A stretch of DNA of 56,511 bases from Actinomycetota bacterium (GTDB lineage Bacteria; Actinomycetota; Humimicrobiia; Humimicrobiales; Humimicrobiaceae), in NCBI GenBank assembly GCA_023487035.1, contig JAMDEN010000098.1:1-56511 (forward strand). The letters are read 5' to 3'. The notes under the pieces were generated by a model. It searched no databases and was not told where the DNA came from. It saw nothing but the letters and a program-made list of their open reading frames with translations. A program made the translations under genes and the position numbers. Below, one piece after another: positions 49,208 to 56,511 of this stretch. How positions within the stretch are numbered: the first letter of the stretch is position 1; the number at the start of each line of letters is the position of its first letter.

Positions 49208-50050
49208 TTGAAATTAAAAGAAAATATAAATATTGATGAAAAAAAAATAATAAATATATTAAAAAATATTGCGCAAGATTTTGGTTCACCTGCAAAAGAA
49301 ACAATATTATTTATAAATTTTGGTAAGCATTTGGAAGAAATTACATTAATAATTAATAATATACAAAATAAAATAACTATTTTAGATGTTGGTGGAGGAC
49401 TTGGAGTAAATTTACTTGCAATAAAAAAAATATTTACAGAAAATTCTTCACTATTTTTACTGGACAGATTTGAAGAATATACTGAAGAAAATAGAATGGG
49501 TCAGTATAATAAAAATATCAAATTTCTTGAGGATGCTGATATAAAAATAATAAATCAGGATTTTTGGGAAAATAAAGTTTTGCCTTTTGAAAATAATACT
49601 TTTGAAATAGTAACAATATTTGATGTAACAGAACATTTACCAGGAAATCCAATTTATTTGCTTAAAGAAATATTCAGGGTTTTAATTCCTGGAGGGAAAA
49701 TAATATTAGGTGGACCAAATTCTTTATTTTTATTAAAAAGGATTAGATTATTATTAGGGAAACACCCTTATATACCTTTTGATTACTGGATTAAAGAAAA
49801 TTATTATTCTCATTTTAGAGAATATAATAAAATTGAGCAGATTAAATTACTGGAGATTGCCGGTTTTAAAAAAATTTCAGCTATAATGTCGCTTGAAACT
49901 TCAAGAACTCAAAATAAATATAAATATAAATGTTATGATGATAAAAAATTTAATTTTTCATTAAAAATAATATTGTTATATATTTTATATTTATTTGAAG
50001 TTTTAAACCCTAATTTAAGAGAAGCAATTTATTGTATTGGTGAAAAATGA
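49208..50050 (+). CDS. Class I SAM-dependent methyltransferase
   Basis: ILDVGGGLGVN, FEIVTIFDVTEHL and LIPGGKIILGGPN. TTG start. Confidence 0.7.
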   Translation: MKLKENINIDEKKIINILKNIAQDFGSPAKETILFINFGKHLEEITLIINNIQNKITILDVGGGLGVNLLAIKKIFTENSSLFLLDRFEEYTEENRMGQYNKNIKFLEDADIKIINQDFWENKVLPFENNTFEIVTIFDVTEHLPGNPIYLLKEIFRVLIPGGKIILGGPNSLFLLKRIRLLLGKHPYIPFDYWIKENYYSHFREYNKIEQIKLLEIAGFKKISAIMSLETSRTQNKYKYKCYDDKKFNFSLKIILLYILYLFEVLNPNLREAIYCIGEK

Positions 50051-50065
50051 AAGGAGTAATAATCT

Positions 50066-50821
50066 TTGGCATTACTTAATATCATAACTGTTACAAAAGA
50101 TGATTTTGAGGGATTTTTTAAAACCATCCAAAGTACTAAAAAATTAAGGGAAAATTTTGATATTCTTCAAATTATAATTGATGGCAGCAGTAATGATATA
50201 AAACAAAAAATTGAAAAACAATTATCTTCTGAACGTGGGATATTATATAAATGGCAATATCCAAAAGGAATTTCAAATGCATTTAATTTAGGTCTTGAAG
50301 TATCAAGTAGTAAATGGATATGGTATTTAAATGGCGGAGATGTTTTTAATGAAGAACTGGATGCGGAATTATTTTTAAATATTCTTTCAAATAGTGATGC
50401 TGATGCAATTATATTTCAACTTAAATATATGCAAGCTAATAAAAAAGCCAAGAATCCTCCTCTTTGGGCAGTTTGGCCACCTTTACTTAGTTGGATTCCT
50501 CATCCTTCAACAATAGTTAAAAGAGATATTTATAAAAAATTTGGTGGTTTTGATGAAAACTTGAAGTTAGCAATGGATTATGAGTTCTGGATTAAATGTT
50601 TTTCCAATAATGTAATAGTTGATCTTATATCTATTCCCATAACAAAATTTGATCAATTAGGATTATCAATTGAACAAAATAGCAAAACGAGAGCAGAAGT
50701 AAGAAAAGTTATAAGAAAATATTTTTGGGTTATAATAAAGAGATTATTTTGGCAAGTAAGAATAATTTTAAAATCTTTTATAGTCAGTTCAAGATTTTAT
50801 GAAAATAAGAGACAAATTTAA
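50066..50821 (+). CDS. Glycosyltransferase family 2 (divergent)
   Basis: LNIITVTKDDFEGF, IIDGSSND and LNGGDVF. TTG start 8 nt after GGAG. Confidence 0.65.
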   Translation: MALLNIITVTKDDFEGFFKTIQSTKKLRENFDILQIIIDGSSNDIKQKIEKQLSSERGILYKWQYPKGISNAFNLGLEVSSSKWIWYLNGGDVFNEELDAELFLNILSNSDADAIIFQLKYMQANKKAKNPPLWAVWPPLLSWIPHPSTIVKRDIYKKFGGFDENLKLAMDYEFWIKCFSNNVIVDLISIPITKFDQLGLSIEQNSKTRAEVRKVIRKYFWVIIKRLFWQVRIILKSFIVSSRFYENKRQI

Positions 50822-50861
50822 TTTTTTAAAAATAATTTAAATAATCTGTTACTATTTTAAT

Positions 50862-52076
50862 ATGAAAATTTTAATAATTGCTATGTCTAATAGCATTCAT
50901 ACAGCAAGATGGATTTCTCATATAAATGATGAAAAATGGGATATTATTTTATTTCCTGTAAATATGCTTGTTGCTACACATCCAGATATAAAAAATATAA
51001 AAGTTTATACGCCAAAGATTATTCAGAGTTTTGCAAATTTATATAAAATTAATAAAAAAAAGAATTTTCTAAATCTAGAAATGGATTTATATCCCTTTAC
51101 AAATAAAAAAAGAAGTTTAAATTTAATAGTCTCTGATTTATTCAAGCTTATTATTCCAGATATAAGATTAAAGAAATTAATTAGATTAATTAAAAAATTT
51201 AAACCAGATATAATTCATTCAATGCATATTCAGGAAGCAGGTTATCTTGCTTTAGAAGCAAAAAAAAGAATGAAGGGTTGCTTTCCTAAATGGCTGGTTA
51301 CAAATTGGGGAAGTGAACTAAATCTTTTTGTAAAATTAAAAAGTCATGAAAGTAAAATAATTGAAGTACTGAAAAATTGTGATTATTTTTCTAGCGAATG
51401 CAAACGAGACCTACCGATAGCACGAAAATACGGATTCAAAGGTAAATTTTTAAATGTTATTCCAAATTCTGGTGGTTTAGATTTTAATTATATTGAAAAA
51501 TTAAAGAAAGAAGCTAAAACAACTTCTGAAAGAAAAATTATAATGCTTAAAGGTTATCAGGGATGGGCAGGGAGAGCATTAGTAGGCTTAAGAGCTTTAG
51601 AAAGAAATATTAATTATTTAGATGGTTTTAAAGTTATTATTTTTTGTATAGATACAATAGAAGTCAGAATTTCAGCTGAACTTTTTAGTAAAAATACTGG
51701 AATTGAAATAAAAATTATTGAAAAGGAAGTTCCACATGAAGAAATATTAAAATATCATGGGCAAGCAAGAATTTCCATTGGTTTAAGTATTACTGATGCT
51801 ATTAGTACTTCAATGCTTGAAGCTATGCTAATGGGGTCTTTTCCTATACAATCCTATACTTCTTGTGCAGATGAGTGGGTAGAGCATAATAAAACTGCTT
51901 TTTTAGTTCATCCTGAAGATACTGATGAAATTGCAAATGCAATAAGAATAGCTTTAACAGACGATGAGTTGGTTAATAATGCTGCGAAAGTAAATTATGA
52001 AAATTTAAAAAATAGGCTTGAGAAATCAAAAATAAAAGAAATTATTGTTAACCAATATTTAGATATGTTAAGCTGA
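50862..52076 (+). CDS. Probable GT-B glycosyltransferase (GT1/GT4-like)
   Basis: The C-terminal region SITDAISTSMLEAMLMGSFPIQS resembles a GT-B nucleotide-sugar binding helix. Otherwise not recognised. Confidence 0.5.
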   Translation: MKILIIAMSNSIHTARWISHINDEKWDIILFPVNMLVATHPDIKNIKVYTPKIIQSFANLYKINKKKNFLNLEMDLYPFTNKKRSLNLIVSDLFKLIIPDIRLKKLIRLIKKFKPDIIHSMHIQEAGYLALEAKKRMKGCFPKWLVTNWGSELNLFVKLKSHESKIIEVLKNCDYFSSECKRDLPIARKYGFKGKFLNVIPNSGGLDFNYIEKLKKEAKTTSERKIIMLKGYQGWAGRALVGLRALERNINYLDGFKVIIFCIDTIEVRISAELFSKNTGIEIKIIEKEVPHEEILKYHGQARISIGLSITDAISTSMLEAMLMGSFPIQSYTSCADEWVEHNKTAFLVHPEDTDEIANAIRIALTDDELVNNAAKVNYENLKNRLEKSKIKEIIVNQYLDMLS

Positions 52077-52132
52077 TAAATTATATTCTGTATTATTTTT
52101 TAATTTTAATGACAATAATTGGAGTAAAATAA

Positions 52133-53380
52133 ATGAAAAAAGTATGTATTTTAGGAATGGGTTATATCGGTTTACCTACAGCATGCATGTTAGCAAATAG
52201 TGGTTATGAAGTAATAGGAGTTGATGTAGATAATGACATAATAAATAAATTAAATAATGGCAAACCTCATATTGAAGAACCAGACCTTGAAGATATTTTT
52301 TTAAAAGCAATTGATGCTGGAAAATTAAAAATATCAGGAAATATAGAAAAAAGCGATATTTATATTATTACTGTACCAACTCCATTAAATAAAAACAATA
52401 AAGCAGATTTAAGTTATGTAATTTCAGCATCAGAAATGATTAAAGACTATGTAAATGTTGGTAATCTGGTTATTTTAGAATCTACTTCACCTCCTGGTAC
52501 TACCAGAAATTTAGTAGGAAACATAATTTCAAAAAGAACAGGTTTAGTTGCTGGTAAAGATTTTTACCTTGCATTTTGTCCAGAGAGAGTATTACCTGGA
52601 AAAATAATATTTGAACTTGTTAATAATAAAAGAGTTGTAGGTGGTATTAATGAGAAATCATCTGAGCTTGCAAAAGAGGTATATAGCAGTTTTGTAAAGG
52701 CAGATATATATACAACCACTCTTGAAACATCTGAATTTGTAAAACTTGCTGAAAATACATATAGAGATGTTAATATTGCACTTGCAAATGAATTTTCAGA
52801 AATTTGTAATGAATATAATATTAATGTCTGGGAAATGATAAAGTTTGCAAATATGCATCCAAGAGTTAATATATTAAATCCTGGTCCAGGTGTTGGCGGT
52901 CATTGTATTGCTATAGATCCATGGTTTATTCTTGAAAATATTAACAAAAAAGATACCTTAATTGAAAAATGCAGAAAAATAAATAATTCAAGACCATTTA
53001 TTATTTCTGAAAGAATGTTTGATATTATAAAAGATATTAAAAATCCTAAAGTAACTATTTTTGGTATTACTTATAAAGAAAATGTTGGAGATATTAGGGA
53101 AAGCCCTGCTCTTGTTATTATTAATGAATTAAATAAAAAGGGCACAGATGTTTTTGTATATGATCCGATTGCAATAAATTATAAAGGGAAAATCTATGAT
53201 ATTGATGAAGCTTTAGCAGGATCTGATTTACTTCTTCTTTTTGTAGGACATGATAAATTTAAGGAAATTAACTTAAATAAAGTGGCTTCATTAATGAGAA
53301 ATAAAAATATTTTTGATACAAGAAATTTTTTTGATAAGAAGCTGTTAAAAGATTTTGGATTTAACTATTTTGGAATTTAA
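52133..53380 (+). CDS. wecC: UDP-N-acetyl-D-mannosamine (or UDP-GlcNAc) 6-dehydrogenase, WecC/Cap5O-like
   Basis: VCILGMGYIGLPTACMLANSGYEVIGVD, catalytic GVGGHCIAIDPWF and YKENVGDIRESPA. Confidence 0.8.
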   Translation: MKKVCILGMGYIGLPTACMLANSGYEVIGVDVDNDIINKLNNGKPHIEEPDLEDIFLKAIDAGKLKISGNIEKSDIYIITVPTPLNKNNKADLSYVISASEMIKDYVNVGNLVILESTSPPGTTRNLVGNIISKRTGLVAGKDFYLAFCPERVLPGKIIFELVNNKRVVGGINEKSSELAKEVYSSFVKADIYTTTLETSEFVKLAENTYRDVNIALANEFSEICNEYNINVWEMIKFANMHPRVNILNPGPGVGGHCIAIDPWFILENINKKDTLIEKCRKINNSRPFIISERMFDIIKDIKNPKVTIFGITYKENVGDIRESPALVIINELNKKGTDVFVYDPIAINYKGKIYDIDEALAGSDLLLLFVGHDKFKEINLNKVASLMRNKNIFDTRNFFDKKLLKDFGFNYFGI

Positions 53381-53443
53381 ATATCTGGTTTTAATAAAAA
53401 TTTTAAAAAGTTTTTTAAAAGGAAATTAAAAAGGTAACTGATA

Positions 53444-55588
53444 ATGAAGCAGGTTTTTATAAAAAAAGGTGATATTTTGGTAACAGAAGTTCCATCTCCA
53501 ATAATAAATGACGATGAGATTTTAGTTCAGGTTTATTATTCTTGTATTTCTCCTGGGACAGAAATTGCTGGTATTAAAATGTCTGCAAAACCTTTGTATA
53601 AAAAGGTAATTGAAAAACCTCAAAATGTTAAAAAAGTTCTCGATCTTATAAAAGAAAAAGGATTAAAAGAAACAATTTCCAGAATAAAAAATAAATTTGA
53701 TGTAAAAAATCCTGTTGGGTATTCTGCTTCTGGTATAGTACTTGAAGTCGGGGAAAACATTTACAGTTTCAGACCAGGAGATAAAGTTGCATGTGCAGGA
53801 GCAGGAATTGCAAATCATGCAGAATTTATAGCAGTTCCGCAAAATTTAACAGTTAAAATACCTGAAAATGTGTCTTTTAAAGAAGCTTCAACGATGACTT
53901 TAGGTGCAATTGCTCTTCAAGGTTTAAGAAGAGCAGATTTAAAACTTGGTGAGACTGCTGTGGTTATTGGGCTTGGTATTTTAGGTCAGCTTTCAATTCA
54001 AATGCTTAAAGCTGCTGGGATAAAGACTATAGGAATTGATTTAAATGCTTTGAGAATTAATAAAGCTTTAAAATATGGATTAAATATCGGTATAAATCCC
54101 GGTGATGTAAGTATTGTTGAGGAAGTTATAAATAATACCAATGGTTATGGAGCTGATGTTGTAATAATAACTGCTGCTTCTTCAAGTGAGAATGTTATAA
54201 ATCAATCAATACAGATGTGCAGAAAGAAAGGGAAAGTAGTAATTGTTGGAGATGTTGCATTAAATATTAAAAGAGAAGAGCTTTATAAAAAAGAAATTGA
54301 TCTTTTAATTTCAACTTCTTATGGTCCAGGAAGATATGATGATAAATACGAAAAAAAGGGATTTGAATATCCAATTGCTTATGTAAGATGGACTGAAAAT
54401 AGGAATATGGAAGCTTATCTTGATTTAATATCCGACAGGAAAATAATTCTTGATAATATTATTGATAATATTTATCCAATTGATGAGGCAGATAAAGCAT
54501 ATGAAGATTTAAAAAAAGGATTAGAAGCTCCACTTGTTACTTTAATTGAATATAATAAGGAAAATAAACCTGAAACTAAAATCTTTAATGCTAATTTAAA
54601 AGTTCCTGATAAAGATATTAATGATAAAATAAATGTTGCAGTAATAGGAGCAGGTAATTTTACTCAGGAAGTTCATTTACCAAACTTAAAAAAATTATCA
54701 GACTTTTATAATATTTATGCAATATGTGATAAAGATCCTGATAGTGCAGATAATTTAGCAAAAAAATATGAGGCAAAATATGCCACAACTGATTATCAGG
54801 AAGTATTTGATGATGAAAAAATAAATATGGTGATTATTTCAACCCGCCATAATCTTCATGCCCAGCTTTCAATAAAAGCTGCAGAAAAAGGTAAAGCAAT
54901 ACTTGTTGAAAAACCTATGGCATTAAGTCAACAAGAACTTGATAATTTAATTATAGCCTTGAAAGAATATAATACTCCATTTATGGTTGGATTTAACAGG
55001 CGCTTTTCTCCATTATCTTTAGCTGCAAAAGAGATTACTTTAAAACGTATAAATCCGTTAATTATTAATTACAGAATGAATGCGGGATATATTCCTCCAG
55101 AAGTATGGGTTCATACAGAAGAAGGAGGAGGCAGAAATATTGGTGAGGCCTGCCATATATATGATTTATTTAATTATTTTACACAATCTGAAATAAAAGA
55201 AGTCAGTGCATCTTCTATTGATCCAAAATCAGAAAATATAATGAGTAATGATAATTTTACAGCTTTATTAAAATATAAAGATGGTTCAGTTTGTAGTCTT
55301 ACTTACACTGCTATTGGAAGTAAAGAACTTCCCAAAGAGTTAATGGATATATATATTGATGGTAAATCCTTATCACTTAATGATTATAAAGAACTTCTAG
55401 TTTTTGGAATATCAGGTAGAAATAAAAAGCTTTCTTATCAGGATAAAGGACATTTTAATGAGCTTAAATTATTTGCTCAATTTATTAAAAATAAAGAAAA
55501 ATCAGATATTGGTCCAATACCCTTATGGCAATTAAATCAAGCCACAGTTATTAGTTTTGAAATAGAAAAACAAATAAGAAATTTTTGA
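53444..55588 (+). CDS. Bi-domain oxidoreductase (N-terminal MDR/zinc-ADH-like domain plus C-terminal Gfo/Idh/MocA-like domain)
   Basis: N-terminal half: GDKVACAG...HAEF and the Rossmann motif VIGLGILGQ. C-terminal half: VAVIGAGNFTQEVHLPNL, EKPMAL and GFNRRFSP. 714 aa. Confidence 0.8.
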   Translation: MKQVFIKKGDILVTEVPSPIINDDEILVQVYYSCISPGTEIAGIKMSAKPLYKKVIEKPQNVKKVLDLIKEKGLKETISRIKNKFDVKNPVGYSASGIVLEVGENIYSFRPGDKVACAGAGIANHAEFIAVPQNLTVKIPENVSFKEASTMTLGAIALQGLRRADLKLGETAVVIGLGILGQLSIQMLKAAGIKTIGIDLNALRINKALKYGLNIGINPGDVSIVEEVINNTNGYGADVVIITAASSSENVINQSIQMCRKKGKVVIVGDVALNIKREELYKKEIDLLISTSYGPGRYDDKYEKKGFEYPIAYVRWTENRNMEAYLDLISDRKIILDNIIDNIYPIDEADKAYEDLKKGLEAPLVTLIEYNKENKPETKIFNANLKVPDKDINDKINVAVIGAGNFTQEVHLPNLKKLSDFYNIYAICDKDPDSADNLAKKYEAKYATTDYQEVFDDEKINMVIISTRHNLHAQLSIKAAEKGKAILVEKPMALSQQELDNLIIALKEYNTPFMVGFNRRFSPLSLAAKEITLKRINPLIINYRMNAGYIPPEVWVHTEEGGGRNIGEACHIYDLFNYFTQSEIKEVSASSIDPKSENIMSNDNFTALLKYKDGSVCSLTYTAIGSKELPKELMDIYIDGKSLSLNDYKELLVFGISGRNKKLSYQDKGHFNELKLFAQFIKNKEKSDIGPIPLWQLNQATVISFEIEKQIRNF

Positions 55589-55673
55589 CTTGTCTAATAA
55601 ATTAATAAAAGACAGGAATTTAATAAAAGTAATCTTTAATAAAAATAATTTTAAACTACTTTTTAAATAAATT

Positions 55674-56511
55674 ATGTGTGGAATTGTTGGTATTTTTAAT
55701 TTTAATAGCGCAGACAGGATAAGTGAAAATCTTTTAATAAAAATGAGGGACATCATGATACATAGAGGTCCTGATGATTATGGTCTTTGGATTTCTAAGG
55801 ATAGAAAAATAGGGCTTGCTCATAGAAGATTGTCTATTATAGATACTTCAAAAATAGCTTCACAGCCAATGTCAAATGAAGATAATTCAATCTTTATAAT
55901 ATTTAATGGTGAAATTTATAACCATTTTGAGATAAGACCTGAACTTGAAAAGTTAGGGCATAAATTTAAAACTAATCATAGTGATACTGAAGTTATCATT
56001 CATGCTTTTGAAGAATGGGGCATTGATTGTATTCAAAAGTTTAGAGGAATGTTTGCATTTGCTATCTGGGATGATAATAAAAAAGAACTATTTTTAGTTA
56101 GAGACAGGATAGGGATAAAACCAATTTATTATTATAAAAAAGATGGTAGATTTATTTTTGCTTCTGAAATTAAAAGTATATTGGTAGATCCAAAAATAAA
56201 AAGAGAAGTAAATATTGAAGGATTTTACAACTATCTTTCTTTTTTAACTGTTCCTGCACCACAGACGATGTTTAAAAATATATACAAAATCCCTGCAGGA
56301 TGCTATTTGAAAATTTTAAGTAATGGAGATATTAAAATAATAAAATATTGGGATGTTCTTGATTATACGCAACCATTAATTAATATTTCAGAAGAAGAAA
56401 TTGCAGAAAAAATATTAGATGAATTAAGAATATCAGTTAAATATAGAAAAGTAAGTGATGTTCCAGTTGGAGTTTTTTTATCTGGCGGGATAGATTCAAG
56501 TACAAATCTTG
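55674..56511 (+). CDS. asnB: Asparagine synthase (glutamine-hydrolysing), 3-prime partial at the window edge
   Basis: Absent from the ORF track because no stop codon lies in the window. The ATG at 55674 gives MCGIVGIFNF (Ntn Cys2), HRGPDD, LAHRRLSIID, FNGEIYN and, near the end, the PP-loop VFLSGGIDSS. Confidence 0.88.
   Translation, partial: MCGIVGIFNFNSADRISENLLIKMRDIMIHRGPDDYGLWISKDRKIGLAHRRLSIIDTSKIASQPMSNEDNSIFIIFNGEIYNHFEIRPELEKLGHKFKTNHSDTEVIIHAFEEWGIDCIQKFRGMFAFAIWDDNKKELFLVRDRIGIKPIYYYKKDGRFIFASEIKSILVDPKIKREVNIEGFYNYLSFLTVPAPQTMFKNIYKIPAGCYLKILSNGDIKIIKYWDVLDYTQPLINISEEEIAEKILDELRISVKYRKVSDVPVGVFLSGGIDSSTNL

Overview
This is a 56.5-kb, very AT-rich bacterial chromosomal segment. I could recognise no rRNA, tRNA, CRISPR array, transposase or integrase by eye. 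It falls into three blocks. (1) 1-15.6 kb holds a GerM-domain protein that runs off the left edge, a GalT-family HIT transferase, a receiver-only response regulator with a GAF/PAS histidine kinase, and a complete glycogen set (glgA, glgB, a GH57 enzyme, malQ, glgC). (2) 15.6-31.2 kb is a mosaic. Nucleotide-sugar genes (galE-like, GT2, an SDR epimerase, a DegT aminotransferase, rfbB, ugd) are interleaved with five type II toxin-antitoxin pairs: two VapBC, one AbrB-RelE/ParE, one Phd-PIN and one HicAB. Two AAA ATPase genes of the DUF4143 type, a small membrane protein and two repeat families also lie here. (3) 31.2-56.5 kb is a long, almost uniformly plus-strand polysaccharide cluster of the ABC-transporter (Wzm/Wzt) type. 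It contains about 12 glycosyltransferases, 3 methyltransferases, a Wzz-like protein, a Wzy/WaaL-family membrane protein, uxs, fcl, a wecC-like dehydrogenase, a bi-domain oxidoreductase and a 3-prime-truncated asparagine synthase. I did not find a clearly new multi-gene system. The signals most worth follow-up are listed next. (a) A 25-31 nt motif, GTCAC(A/G)GGGACGTATAATTTGACAT, forms nested inverted repeats: two 140-180 bp IR-flanked elements plus a perfect 25-bp IR pair bracketing 4.8 kb of TA and sugar genes. This could be a MITE family or recombinase-flippable segments. (b) A 195-bp direct duplication of the rfbB promoter, RBS and first 10 codons is re-used upstream of ugd, and it brackets rfbB plus an ATPase gene. 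(c) In-frame tandem-repeat and Asn/Lys-rich insertions occur inside otherwise conserved enzymes (GlgB, GH57, DegT), and a 24-nt tandem repeat stays in frame after the glgB stop codon. All protein calls rest on motif recognition from the supplied translations; no database search was possible.
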